NCBI GenBank assembly: GCA_964651815.1
Contig: CAZYWG010000008.1
Location: forward strand, 4,824-68,823
Source: an uncultured Gammaproteobacteria bacterium
Lineage (GTDB): Bacteria > Patescibacteriota > Microgenomatia > Levybacterales > GWA1-39-11
Direction: 5' to 3'
Length of the DNA: 64,000 nt
The notes under the pieces: generated by a model
Told to the model about the DNA's origin: nothing
What the model saw: the letters and a program-made list of their open reading frames with translations, nothing else
Databases searched by the model: none
Shown: in pieces, positions 29,663-39,569 of the stretch
How positions within the stretch are numbered: position 1 is the first letter of the stretch
Layout of the letters: each line of letters starts with the position of its first letter
Position numbers and translations under genes: made by a program

Positions 29663-31141
29663 TTATTTGTTATTAATTATTAGCTTTTCGCCGATTTTAT
29701 AAACGTCCCCTGCCCCAACAGTGAAAATAATATTATTTTCACTGTTAATGTTTTGGTTGACATATTTTACCACAAGATCAGGCGTTTCTATGAGTTTGAC
29801 GTTTGAGTGAATCAACCTAATTTTTTCAACAAAATCTTGATCTTCCACAAGATTTTGGTGGCCTGCGTCCCGCATGGATGAAAAAGTGGGCAAAATTATT
29901 ACTTCATAAGCTCCCGAAAAAGCGGACGCAAATGCGGGAAGCATTGAGCGAGTCCGCTCAAATGTATGGGCCTGAAAAATAACTGTTATTTTTTTTGCAG
30001 GAAACGCTGTACGCGCAGCCTCAAGAGTTTTCCGAATTTCTTCCGGATGATGCGCGTAATCATCAAATATCTCAACACCGTCAGCTGTCACGCCGATTCT
30101 TTCAAACCTACGGCTGCTACCGGTAAATTCATTCAAGACTCGCTTAACGTCGTGAACCGCAACCCCAATCTCCATCAAAAATGCTATAACGGCCAGGGAA
30201 TTCTTTGCGTTGTGGTAGCCAGGAATAGATAATTCAAATTCTCCTAGATCCATCTCCCCGCGCGTTACACCAAAGCGAGAACTTAGACCATTCTGTTTGA
30301 AATTCTTTATCTTAAACTCGTTTGATAAATCCGTTCCGTAAGTAATATTCTTAAGTCTTGCGTCTTGAGTCTTAAATTTCTTTAAGTTGTCGTCGTCGCC
30401 ATTTATTATAATGGTTGCATCTTCTGAGAGATTTGACACCAACTTTTCAAATGCGGCAGTCACGGCATCAATATCCGCATAAAAATCAGGGTGGTCAAAA
30501 TCTATGTTGTTAATTATCAAGAATTGCGGTTTTTGGTATAAAAATTTGGGCGTAGGGTCATATTTTTTCTCAGAAACGTATTCATCTGCTTCTGCAATAA
30601 AATATTTACCTGTCCCAAAGTGTCCGGCCGGACCAATTCCTTTAATCTCACTCGTACCAACAGTATAGGTTGGATCTAAGCCAAGTTTTACCATACAAAA
30701 AGCCAACATTGCACCAATTGTGGTCTTGCCGTGAGCGCCGGAAACGGATATTCCTTCTGACTTTTTGCTAAATAAATCACCCGTCATAAATAATCCGACA
30801 GCTTCGCCGTGAGAAATCACTTTTATACCTTTTTCTTTTGCAAAAAGGGCTTCAGGGTTATCAAAGCCTTCGTGAGCGCCGGTTGCAATAAATAAAACCT
30901 CTTTCGAACCTATGCCCGCGACAAAGGATTCGACATTTTCTTTTTTAAAACCCACCAATACATCAATACCTCTGTCTTTTAAAACCTTATCCGTTATAAA
31001 CTCTTGTTCAACGTCTGACCCGCCAACTATAAACCCGGCCTCTTTTGCGATGATTGCAAGAGTTGCCATCCCAACGCCTTTTATTCCCATGAAATAGATT
31101 TTTCGATAAGAAACCATACGCAAATTATAGCAGAATCTCAA
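29663..31141 (-). CDS. murC: UDP-N-acetylmuramate--L-alanine ligase MurC
   Basis: IYFMGIKGVGMATLA (MurC N-terminal signature) and P-loop VSGAHGKTTIGAM. The real start is probably the internal MVSYRK. Confidence 0.85.
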   Translation of the reverse strand: MRFCYNLRMVSYRKIYFMGIKGVGMATLAIIAKEAGFIVGGSDVEQEFITDKVLKDRGIDVLVGFKKENVESFVAGIGSKEVLFIATGAHEGFDNPEALFAKEKGIKVISHGEAVGLFMTGDLFSKKSEGISVSGAHGKTTIGAMLAFCMVKLGLDPTYTVGTSEIKGIGPAGHFGTGKYFIAEADEYVSEKKYDPTPKFLYQKPQFLIINNIDFDHPDFYADIDAVTAAFEKLVSNLSEDATIIINGDDDNLKKFKTQDARLKNITYGTDLSNEFKIKNFKQNGLSSRFGVTRGEMDLGEFELSIPGYHNAKNSLAVIAFLMEIGVAVHDVKRVLNEFTGSSRRFERIGVTADGVEIFDDYAHHPEEIRKTLEAARTAFPAKKITVIFQAHTFERTRSMLPAFASAFSGAYEVIILPTFSSMRDAGHQNLVEDQDFVEKIRLIHSNVKLIETPDLVVKYVNQNINSENNIIFTVGAGDVYKIGEKLIINNK

Positions 31142-31443
31142 GGGTAAACAGTGAGAATTTTAAATTAAGCATAATCCTATAATACTAAAGCCGGCCTGAA
31201 AAATGTTATAATCCATTAATTGCAATATAAAACAAGTAGCGTCTTTTTTGCATGGGCGTCATAGGCTTTTAATATTGCATTTTCGATATAAATTTATCGA
31301 CTCGCACTTTAATAGAGGATTTCAGTTTAATAAATTCATCGCGAATGACACTTTGCATATCAACATCTGGTATTCAATGCGTCATTCTCGATGGCAAATA
31401 ACAGCGATTTATCGCATGAGAAAGGTAAGATTAGGAGGATTCG

Positions 31444-31695
31444 ATGACGGCTCTATGGTTGATTTTCGTGCTTGGGATTGCAGTTGCGATGTTGCGCCTA
31501 TTCTATAAAATTCAGCCTACATCAACGCTGTATAGCCTTACGAACGGAGGATTCATCGTCTTAGGAACGGTTATGATGATGGCCTCACCTGTGATCTTTG
31601 GAATCACGCTCATTTCACTTGTGATGTTCTTCATTGGACTCATCCTTGTGTTTTGGGGCGTTTCTCCACTGATCGAAGACGACATCTACGAGTAA
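31444..31695 (+). CDS. small two-TM membrane protein (83 aa) in GC-rich insert
   Basis: AGGAGG SD 5 nt upstream of the ATG. Two hydrophobic helices. GC-rich codon usage unlike the surrounding dcw genes. Confidence 0.5.
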   Translation: MTALWLIFVLGIAVAMLRLFYKIQPTSTLYSLTNGGFIVLGTVMMMASPVIFGITLISLVMFFIGLILVFWGVSPLIEDDIYE

Positions 31696-31855
31696 CGGGT
31701 CACGTTGACTCACCATAAAGCTCGGAGGGAGCGAAATGAAAAAGGGTTTCATACTCTCTTCCTTGCCTTGTTCTTCGCGACTCTAGGCTTGGATCAGTTC
31801 ATCGGTTATCGGTAGGCAACAAGAAGCAAGAGCTTCGCAAGTTAAGGAGACAACA

Positions 31856-32413
31856 ATGTTCCGCGCTATGATAGTTTTTGTGCTTGCAGCAGCCGCGATT
31901 TACGCGATGTACCGCATGTACAAAACGAAAGATTCTCAGCAGGAAGAGGTATCAACCTACTTCTTAGAGGCTCCCAACCACTTGAGGCTCCTCACGTTAG
32001 ATGAGCCCAAAGGACCGGAAGGGGTTGTTGAGGAGATGAAAGCGGAAAAGGACGCAGATGAGGTTACCCTCGAAGAAGCTGTGGCCCAACCCCAGATCAA
32101 CTGGAACAAGATGCCCGCGGGCTATCCTCTTGTTTGGGAGCAAGGCGATCAGCAACTTGTTTGTATCGTTCATCGCGATGCCGACCCAGGGTCAGAGTTG
32201 CTTGACGTCCGAGTCTACGGTCGACGAGTATCAGGTATAAAAACCCTGAGACGCTCCGAGCTACGCCCGACATCCATCACTGAGATTAGAGATCTTTTTC
32301 CCCCCGTTGGAAATGGGAAAAGGATTCTTGAAATCATTGAGCAGTCATACCTTCAGAACACGCCCAGCGTGATCGTCGGTATACCCGCGTCTGGAAGCTC
32401 TGAGACAGCTTGA
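31856..32413 (+). CDS. N-terminally anchored hypothetical protein (185 aa) in GC-rich insert
   Basis: AAGGAG SD 6 nt upstream. N-terminal TM helix then an acidic soluble domain. GC-rich. Confidence 0.5.
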   Translation: MFRAMIVFVLAAAAIYAMYRMYKTKDSQQEEVSTYFLEAPNHLRLLTLDEPKGPEGVVEEMKAEKDADEVTLEEAVAQPQINWNKMPAGYPLVWEQGDQQLVCIVHRDADPGSELLDVRVYGRRVSGIKTLRRSELRPTSITEIRDLFPPVGNGKRILEIIEQSYLQNTPSVIVGIPASGSSETA

Positions 32414-32712
32414 TCTTCAGAAAAACTACTGGAATCCCCATAATGGGTGACCACGTGAGTGGCCAAGTTGCGAGAGAACACATCAGGGTAAAACCTGATC
32501 ACTTAGACGCATAGTCTAAGGCCCAGCCGGTTAGTCCGTTCGCGAATTGTAATGCAAGTAAGCATTTGCACCACGCATTCGTGAACATTAACCGGTTGGG
32601 TTTCTCTTTAGAAACTCTTAATGAACGAAGAGAATTTAGAGTTTCTTAATCCGCCGAATGCAAAGCAAGTGATGGCTGCGAGCGAGTTTAAGTTTAAAAA
32701 TGACAAATGAAT

Positions 32713-34398
32713 TTATTCGGGTGGTAAGTTGTAATACTTTATAATATCGCGGGCTATGTTAAAAAAAATTGGCGCCGCAGTCTCAGAACCATAAATTGAT
32801 GTTTTTGGTCTGTGCAACACAACGAGCATTGCAACTTTTGGATTGTCAGGCGGGAAAAAACCTACAAATGACGCAACGGTTTGGTTAGCATCATAATGCC
32901 CCGCTACCGGAATTTGCGCCGTCCCGGTCTTTCCTGCAATCTTATAATTTGGAATTTTTGTCCACTTTGCCTCTCCTCTCTCAACCGCATCTATCATCAT
33001 AGACGTCACTATTTTGGCCGCAACGTTTGAAATAGTCTTATTCTTAACTTTTGGTTGGATATCAATAGTCTTCCCTTCAGGTGTTTGGATTTGGCTCACA
33101 ACATAAGGCTGCATAAGATTTCCGCCATTGGCAATAGATGAAACCGCCGTTATTAGCTGAATTGGTGTTATTGAAATTCCCTGGCCAAAAGAAGCCGTTG
33201 CAAGGTCTATTGGATACCAGCGCTCTGGATCTTTGACAACACCGGTTGCCTCCCCTTGCAAATCAATTCCCGTCTGGACTCCAAGCCCATATTTTCTCAA
33301 GTAATCAACCATAGTATTTAACCCAAGTTTTCTTGAAACAAAAACCATTCCGGTATTATCCGAATGCACTATTACGTCTTCCATTGATGTGTTTGGAAAA
33401 TATTTATTGTCCCAAGTTTTTATTTGATATTCACCTATTTGAACCGGACCTCCACAAATATCGCAGCGTGTTTCAGGCTTCACTAGATTTTTATCAATTG
33501 CTGCCCCCATAATAAGCACTTTAAATGTTGAGCCCGGTTCGTAAAGGTCTGAAAGCGCCGGATTGGCGTAATTTTTAGGATCAAAATCGTAATAGTCCTG
33601 AGCATTAAAAGAAGGGTAAGAAGACATGGCAAGAACAGCACCGGTTTGAGGATTCATGACTATTACGCTTCCGCCGTCCGCTTCATACTTATTAATACCC
33701 GTGGCTAGTTTTTGGTCTGCGATATATTGAATTGTACGGTCAATTGTAAGCCTAACGTTTCTTCCGTCAATTTTTTGGTCTTTCCTGACATCATTTATAA
33801 TTGGGTTTCCGAGTGCGTCTTTCACTGCATAAAGTGCACCGGACCTGCCGGCAAGCTGGTCATTGTATTCTCCTTCAATACCAAAATATCCACGATGAGC
33901 ACCATATGAGTCACGCCCGACAAATCCAACTAAATGAGCAGCCATAGAAGCTTCCGGATACATCCTTGAATATTCCTGCTCAAATCCTATACCCGGAAGA
34001 TTTAACGCAGCAATTTGGTCTTTTTTGTCAGAGTCAAGGTTTTGGGCAAGTTTTACCCAGAAAAGATTTTGTATAAGTTTTGCTGAAATTGAAGCGGGGT
34101 CATCTCCTAAAATCGATGCAAGTTTTTGCGCGTAAGAAGGCACATCATTTATTACTTTTGGATTAGAGTAAACAAGAAAAGATATTGTGTTTGTAGCAAC
34201 AGGGAAATTATCAGACGTCCTGATCTCGCCTCTCATTGCAGGGATAACAAGCGTTTCTTCACTTTGGAGTTTTCCAAGAGACCTAAGAGAATCGGCCCTT
34301 ACAACCTGCCAATAAAAAAGGCGTGTTATAAGAATGAAGTAGAAAATACAGATGCCCGCGGCGACAGTTAAGAACCTTAAGACTTCGCGCTTCTTCAT
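32713..34398 (-). CDS. ftsI: penicillin-binding protein 2/3 transpeptidase (FtsI)
   Basis: N-terminal TM anchor. SxxK (GSTFK), SxN (HSDNTG) and KTG (AGKTGTAQ) motifs. 561 aa. Confidence 0.9.
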   Translation of the reverse strand: MKKREVLRFLTVAAGICIFYFILITRLFYWQVVRADSLRSLGKLQSEETLVIPAMRGEIRTSDNFPVATNTISFLVYSNPKVINDVPSYAQKLASILGDDPASISAKLIQNLFWVKLAQNLDSDKKDQIAALNLPGIGFEQEYSRMYPEASMAAHLVGFVGRDSYGAHRGYFGIEGEYNDQLAGRSGALYAVKDALGNPIINDVRKDQKIDGRNVRLTIDRTIQYIADQKLATGINKYEADGGSVIVMNPQTGAVLAMSSYPSFNAQDYYDFDPKNYANPALSDLYEPGSTFKVLIMGAAIDKNLVKPETRCDICGGPVQIGEYQIKTWDNKYFPNTSMEDVIVHSDNTGMVFVSRKLGLNTMVDYLRKYGLGVQTGIDLQGEATGVVKDPERWYPIDLATASFGQGISITPIQLITAVSSIANGGNLMQPYVVSQIQTPEGKTIDIQPKVKNKTISNVAAKIVTSMMIDAVERGEAKWTKIPNYKIAGKTGTAQIPVAGHYDANQTVASFVGFFPPDNPKVAMLVVLHRPKTSIYGSETAAPIFFNIARDIIKYYNLPPE

Positions 34399-34682
34399 CT
34401 TCCAATAGCCACGCGCGCAGGGTCATAAACAGAAACAATGTCTTGTGTTGAAACAAGACCTAAAGACGCCGCGCGTGACGCAATTGTTTGGTAAGATATT
34501 TTCGAAAGAACTTTATCACGTAGAACCAGATTTTTCTCGGTCAGCACATCTATTTGGTTTTGTAAACGGGAAGCCAAAATACTATTTAATGAAGTTGTAT
34601 TTGAAATATAAACGCGAGCAACTTGTGTCACAATTGCCAATAAGATCAAAATAAGGATAGATAAAGATATAATTTTGTTCAT
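34395..34682 (-). CDS. ftsL: FtsL-like cell division protein
   Basis: 95 aa with N-terminal TM helix then a coiled-coil-like segment. Lies in the ftsL slot between rsmH and ftsI, overlapping the ftsI start (ATGA). Confidence 0.55.
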   Translation of the reverse strand: MNKIISLSILILILLAIVTQVARVYISNTTSLNSILASRLQNQIDVLTEKNLVLRDKVLSKISYQTIASRAASLGLVSTQDIVSVYDPARVAIGR

Positions 34683-34691
34683 TTTTGACTT

Positions 34692-35609
34692 TTAACTTTC
34701 ATTTGTTTTTTCTAATACTCTAAGCTTCGCGCTACGCGAACGTCTGTTTTTTGTTGTTTCATCATCCGTCGCAATAATCGGTTTTTTATTTATAAGATGC
34801 GCTCGACCCTCTCTTGCAAGCTTTAGAAAATAAAGTTTTACTGCCCTGTCTTCAAGCGAATGAAATGAGATTACCTCAAATTTTGCGCCCTCATTTAGAA
34901 GTTTGAATCCGCTTTCCAATGCTTGTCTTAAGTTATCTATTTCCGAATTAACGTATATTCTTAATGCTTGAAAAACTTTAGTTGAAGGATTTAATTTTCC
35001 GGAAGGCTTAACTACGCTTTCTATAATCTTTGCGAGTTCCAGGCTTGTTTTTATTTCTTTTTCCGCGCGTGTTGTAACAATTTCTTGTGCTATTCTTCTT
35101 GCCGCGTTTTCTTCTCCGTATTTTGCAAAAATTTCATAAAGCTCGTCTTGAGACCCGGTGTTAACAATTTCTTGTGCTGTCAATTCCGAATCTGCATCCA
35201 TTCTCATGTCTAGTGGCTCATCCCTGCGGAAAGAAAAACCTCGCCCGGAATGATCAATCTGGTTACTTGATACACCCAGATCAAGCAAAATTCCATCGAC
35301 CTTTCCAAAACCGGTGTTTTGGGCTATTTTTTCTATATTCGCAAAGTTGTCATGAACAACAACTAATTGTCCTTTTTTTATTTCAGATTCAAACTTCTTT
35401 TTAAGGTGCAAAATTGCGTCTTTATCCTGATCTATTCCTAAAACCATTCCGCTCCGTTTTAATATTTCTGCGGCGTGTCCGCCGCCCCCAATTGTCCCGT
35501 CTATATACTTCCCGGAGGACTTAATGTTTAAATTGTCAACTACACTGGTAAGTAGTACCGGCGTGTGAAAATTATCCATTCCTCTCCTTTTTCTCGCGAT
35601 CCTTGTCAA
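34692..35609 (-). CDS. rsmH: 16S rRNA (cytosine1402-N4)-methyltransferase RsmH/MraW
   Basis: HTPVLL...DGTIGGGGHA signature. The probable true start is the internal MDNFHTPV (about 35579), which gives a short overlap with mraZ. Confidence 0.9.
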   Translation of the reverse strand: MTRIARKRRGMDNFHTPVLLTSVVDNLNIKSSGKYIDGTIGGGGHAAEILKRSGMVLGIDQDKDAILHLKKKFESEIKKGQLVVVHDNFANIEKIAQNTGFGKVDGILLDLGVSSNQIDHSGRGFSFRRDEPLDMRMDADSELTAQEIVNTGSQDELYEIFAKYGEENAARRIAQEIVTTRAEKEIKTSLELAKIIESVVKPSGKLNPSTKVFQALRIYVNSEIDNLRQALESGFKLLNEGAKFEVISFHSLEDRAVKLYFLKLAREGRAHLINKKPIIATDDETTKNRRSRSAKLRVLEKTNES

Positions 35610-36024
35610 TTAATCTTTTTGAAATTCCTTCTATGTTTTTTGTCAATTTCACACTGTACTCTTCCCAACGCTTTTTATCCCAAACCTCAACGTATCTTGA
35701 TAAACCTAGGAATATAACCTCATTTTCAATTCCTGCAAACGTTCTAAGGTACGCTGGCGTAATAAACCTTCCCTTGCTATCGAGCTCAATAAGTGAGGCT
35801 CCGCCAAGTAAGAACCTCTGTGTTTCGCGTGTTTCATATTCGATGAATGGCCTTCCTCTTGTACCTTCAAGAAGAGATTCCCATTCTTGCTGTGAGACAA
35901 TGATAAGTGAGCTTTCAAAACCTTGTGTTGCGATAAGCTTGTCGCCGAGTGTTTCGCGGAATTTTTTTGGGAAGGAAACCCTTCCTTTTTCATCAATTTT
36001 ACTTTCATATTGGCCTATCAACAT
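35572..36024 (-). CDS. mraZ: transcriptional regulator MraZ
   Basis: MLIGQYESKIDEKGRVSFPKKFR (first MraZ half-domain) and a second repeat (DSKGRFITPAYLR), 150 aa. First gene of the cluster. Confidence 0.9.
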   Translation of the reverse strand: MLIGQYESKIDEKGRVSFPKKFRETLGDKLIATQGFESSLIIVSQQEWESLLEGTRGRPFIEYETRETQRFLLGGASLIELDSKGRFITPAYLRTFAGIENEVIFLGLSRYVEVWDKKRWEEYSVKLTKNIEGISKRLIDKDREKKERNG

Positions 36025-36137
36025 AGAATTTTAAGACCGTTTTAAGCGGAGAACCTGCCTATATGTCCGTCTAAGAATTACCTAAGACGAACCGAACCAA
36101 AACTTACTTCGTAGAAATTAAGGATGTTAAAAATGTA

Positions 36138-36170
36138 TTCCCAGATCCCACTTCTTCCCATCTTTTCCCA
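36138..36170 (-). promoter_or_regulatory. putative MraZ operator: four direct TGGGA(A/T) repeats upstream of mraZ
   Basis: On the minus strand: TGGGAA-n4-TGGGAA-n4-TGGGAT-n1-TGGGAA (plus-strand TTCCCA/ATCCCA at 36138, 36145, 36155, 36165), 114-146 nt upstream of the mraZ start. MraZ is known to bind arrays of direct TGGGN/GTGG repeats in its own promoter. Confidence 0.5.
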
Positions 36171-36361
36171 TTTTGTACCTTTTTTTGGGACAGGTCAAGT
36201 AGCAATTGGGGTAAAATAGTGGACTAGGACAAGCAAAACACTATATGGGAAAATTTGTATGAAATTATTTGTATTAGGTAGAATGTATTATGTAGTAAGC
36301 AAGTAAACACGAGGGACTACGGAAGAAATTCACATAATACTTTATACAAGCTACTTTATAC

Positions 36362-36856
36362 TTACTTAAAGGGGATTGAGTCGGTTACGCTTGCTACTTC
36401 TCCGCTGTCATATACTATTTTAAGTATAAATTTGATGTCTGATGTTACGTCATCATACTTACAAGTACCGGATGAACAGGTACCAAGTAGAATCTCTTTT
36501 TTAATATCTGATTGTCCGGAAACGTCAATGTCTGATGAAACGACGCCGCGAGGTACGTTGCTCAATTCACCAGTATCAGGATCTTTTGCGTTGGCATTGT
36601 AATCTGCTTCATATTGAATTGATTTAACACCTGTCAGCTTTCCAATTTCCATTTCAACAGCGCGCTTGTCCGCTCTGAGCGAAAGAGTTAACCCAATATC
36701 TTGCGGGCTTAACTTTTTTACATTTTGGGTCTGGTCGCCAGCGGGAGGCGCTGTTTGAGCACCTTTTGAACGCGTAAAGACAAATACTGCACCCAACACA
36801 ACAACTATTACAACTATAGCGCCGACCAGGATTTTGTTTTTAATCAGAAAGTCCAT
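36362..36856 (-). CDS. exported/membrane-anchored hypothetical protein
   Basis: 164 aa with N-terminal TM/signal anchor. No motif. Confidence 0.4.
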   Translation of the reverse strand: MDFLIKNKILVGAIVVIVVVLGAVFVFTRSKGAQTAPPAGDQTQNVKKLSPQDIGLTLSLRADKRAVEMEIGKLTGVKSIQYEADYNANAKDPDTGELSNVPRGVVSSDIDVSGQSDIKKEILLGTCSSGTCKYDDVTSDIKFILKIVYDSGEVASVTDSIPFK

Positions 36857-36883
36857 GAATTAATTAATACAAAAAAAATATGC

Positions 36884-38359
36884 TTAGTCAAGTTTCTCTT
36901 TGAGATAGCCTTCCACGCTGTCTTCCGGAATGCGAATTTGGGTTGCAGTATCCCTGTCACGGATTGTAACTGTGCCATCCTCTAATGTTTGAAAATCGAT
37001 TGTTATACAAAATGGCGTACCTATCTCATCTTGCGCAAAATAGCGCTTCCCTATATTTCCACGCTCATCCCAAGCTACAAGGCTATTCCTGCGTAGCTTA
37101 CTGTATATATTGCGTGCACGCGCACCTAGCTCAGGCTTGTTTGCCAAGAGAGGAAATACGGCTGCTTTGTAGGGAGCAATCTTAGGACTGAGCTTGAGGA
37201 AAAAACGCTCTCCGTCTTGCTGATACGCATCACACAGAACCATAAGGAAAAGCCTGTTTATTCCAACAGCAGGCTCTATAACATGCGGGAGAATTTTTTC
37301 ATTAGTCACAGGGTCAACAATTTTCAACTCTTTATTTGAATGCTTTTCGTGCTGCGACAAATCATAATTTGTACGGTACGCTAGTCCCCATAATTCTTTA
37401 AAACCAAAAGGAAATTTATATTCTAAGTCTTCAGTCCGCATACTATAAAAAGAGCGCTCTTTATCCGAATGTTCACGCCAACGTAAATTCTCCTCTTTTA
37501 TTCCGAGCTTTTGTATTACAAATTCAAAAATTGAAGATTTCCAAGACTCAAACAATTCTTCCCAATTATTTTTTCCGGAATCAAAAAAATACTCTATTTC
37601 TCCTTGTTCAAATTCTAATGTTCTGAAAACGGAATTTCCCGGGGTTATTTCATTTCTAAAACTTTTCCCAAGTTGAGCAATACCAAAAGGCAAACGAACG
37701 CGCGTTGAATCAACAACGTTTTTAAAATTAATAAACATCCCCTGCGCCGTCTCGCCGCGGAGATATGCAAGCGACTGGTCACCCTCAACAATTCCCATGT
37801 TAACCGGGAAAAGTAAATTGAATTTACGAACAGGCGTCCATTTATCGCCCTTGTTTTCTTTACAATTCGGACACGGAATTTTTAAGTTATTAATTAATTG
37901 GTCAAGTTCTTCGTTAGACAATCCTTCAACTTTCTTCGATTTAATTACTTGATTAATTTTGTGGAGACCTGAAAATTTTTCTTCGGGGACAGCAGATATT
38001 GCTGTATCGAGTTTCTCATCGCTGTAATTTTCTAAAAACCCTTCAATTAAATGGTCTGCGCGCATTCGGAGTTTGCAGTTTTTGCAATCAACTAGAGCGT
38101 CGGCAAATCCAGCCGTGTGGCCTGAGGCTTTCCAAATTTCTTGATGAGAAATAAGAGACGCGTCGAGACCCACAACATCATCTCTGGCGTGGACAAAGTT
38201 ATCCCACCATAAATTCCTGATATTCCTTAGGAGTTCTGCACCAACGGGCCCGTAATCATAAGTATTTGCAAGTCCGCCGTATAATTCCGACCCCGGATAA
38301 ATAAATCCACGCCTTTTGGCAAGTGATGTTACTTTCTCAAATATATTATCCACACGCAC
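36884..38359 (-). CDS. glyQS: glycine--tRNA ligase, homodimeric (eukaryote/archaeal-like) type
   Basis: N-terminus RRGFIYPGSELYGGLANTYDYGPVGAEL and class-II core motifs, 491 aa. Confidence 0.9.
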   Translation of the reverse strand: MRVDNIFEKVTSLAKRRGFIYPGSELYGGLANTYDYGPVGAELLRNIRNLWWDNFVHARDDVVGLDASLISHQEIWKASGHTAGFADALVDCKNCKLRMRADHLIEGFLENYSDEKLDTAISAVPEEKFSGLHKINQVIKSKKVEGLSNEELDQLINNLKIPCPNCKENKGDKWTPVRKFNLLFPVNMGIVEGDQSLAYLRGETAQGMFINFKNVVDSTRVRLPFGIAQLGKSFRNEITPGNSVFRTLEFEQGEIEYFFDSGKNNWEELFESWKSSIFEFVIQKLGIKEENLRWREHSDKERSFYSMRTEDLEYKFPFGFKELWGLAYRTNYDLSQHEKHSNKELKIVDPVTNEKILPHVIEPAVGINRLFLMVLCDAYQQDGERFFLKLSPKIAPYKAAVFPLLANKPELGARARNIYSKLRRNSLVAWDERGNIGKRYFAQDEIGTPFCITIDFQTLEDGTVTIRDRDTATQIRIPEDSVEGYLKEKLD

Positions 38360-38412
38360 AGTATACCAAGTGCTATACCAACAATAAATAACTTATAGTA
38401 TAATAGTCACTT

Positions 38413-39069
38413 ATGTCCGCAGAACAAGAACAGTTCCTGAGAGGGAAAATTGAAACAATGTCTCTCGAAGACCCTGAGAGATACCACATGCTGGATGAAT
38501 ATAGTCGCGTTATTGGAAGACTAACTGGGGAGCATAATATAACTTTTATGGATACAGAGTCGTTTAGACTGATGCTCTCATATGCTAGGATCCTGAGCAA
38601 CCAAACTATAGTTGACGCAGCTTCAACTGCTGGAGTCAAGACTACAGCATATCAAACTACGGAAAGTGTGTCCTCACATTACCCAAAGACTAATCAAATG
38701 CATGTGTATAGCGCTTACATGGGAATGGAAGCCTTTGAGTTGGCGAAAACGGTTTTAAAAACCGAGCAAGAACGTCAGAAAGTCCGTGAAGCATTAGGGT
38801 TTGACATACATCAAAATCTCAGAACGTTGTGGAGCGTAAAAAAAGATGGCCACTCAGTACTAAGACCTCATTATTATATTGGTGATTTTAGAACCCTCAA
38901 TCAAGAAAGAATTGTTAACACTGAAGGTCTACCATTTATTGAAGCCAAATTAGATTTTAAGGGTGGAGATCCAAAAGCAACAAACCCGCTTATCGATAGC
39001 TATATAACACTACCTTACAGGAATTTTTTGGGTGCTCACGCTTCTCACTCAGCTACAACTATGAGTTGA
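38413..39069 (+). CDS. hypothetical protein (218 aa)
   Basis: ORF divergent from GlyRS with no motif. Confidence 0.4.
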   Translation: MSAEQEQFLRGKIETMSLEDPERYHMLDEYSRVIGRLTGEHNITFMDTESFRLMLSYARILSNQTIVDAASTAGVKTTAYQTTESVSSHYPKTNQMHVYSAYMGMEAFELAKTVLKTEQERQKVREALGFDIHQNLRTLWSVKKDGHSVLRPHYYIGDFRTLNQERIVNTEGLPFIEAKLDFKGGDPKATNPLIDSYITLPYRNFLGAHASHSATTMS

Positions 39070-39541
39070 GGATTACTATACCCACATTAAGAATCATGGC
39101 GAAAAAAACCCACGCAAGATATGGATACAGCAGATAAGAAGCCGGTTTTGAAACCTTTGCAAAAATCTTAATCGTCACATAAATTAAAATCAAAAGCACA
39201 ACAATTACAGCGGCAGCGAGAGTAATACTATGAAACCCAAAAAATACAATAGACCACAAAACATTTAAAATTAGTTGTGCTGCAAAAAGTCTAATCCCCT
39301 CCTGTTTTATTTTTTTTGTTTTTGAGCCTTTTGATGTCCAAATTAAATATAAAGATAACCCCATTAAAATATGAAGAACTGTCCAAACAGGGCCAAAAAC
39401 TTGATTTGGAGGATTGAAAAACGGCTTATTGAGTGCCTCATACCAAGGAGAGATTGAGGGAATAGTAAAATACCAACCTACTGCACCCGCTGCGAGAGGC
39501 AGAAAAAGAGAAATTAAAAGTTTTGTTAATTTATTATCCAT
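39059..39541 (-). CDS. tspO: TspO/MBR tryptophan-rich sensory protein
   Basis: WYEALNKPFFNPPNQVFGPVWTVLHILMGLSLY, 5 TM, 160 aa. Confidence 0.85.
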   Translation of the reverse strand: MDNKLTKLLISLFLPLAAGAVGWYFTIPSISPWYEALNKPFFNPPNQVFGPVWTVLHILMGLSLYLIWTSKGSKTKKIKQEGIRLFAAQLILNVLWSIVFFGFHSITLAAAVIVVLLILIYVTIKIFAKVSKPASYLLYPYLAWVFFAMILNVGIVILNS

Positions 39542-39569
39542 TAAATTATTTTAGCATGTTTAACACAAC

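Noticed and set aside
31248-31508. ORF 31248..31508
   Set aside because: Starts in the AT-rich murC upstream region, has no SD, and overlaps the better-supported 31444 gene with its AGGAGG SD.
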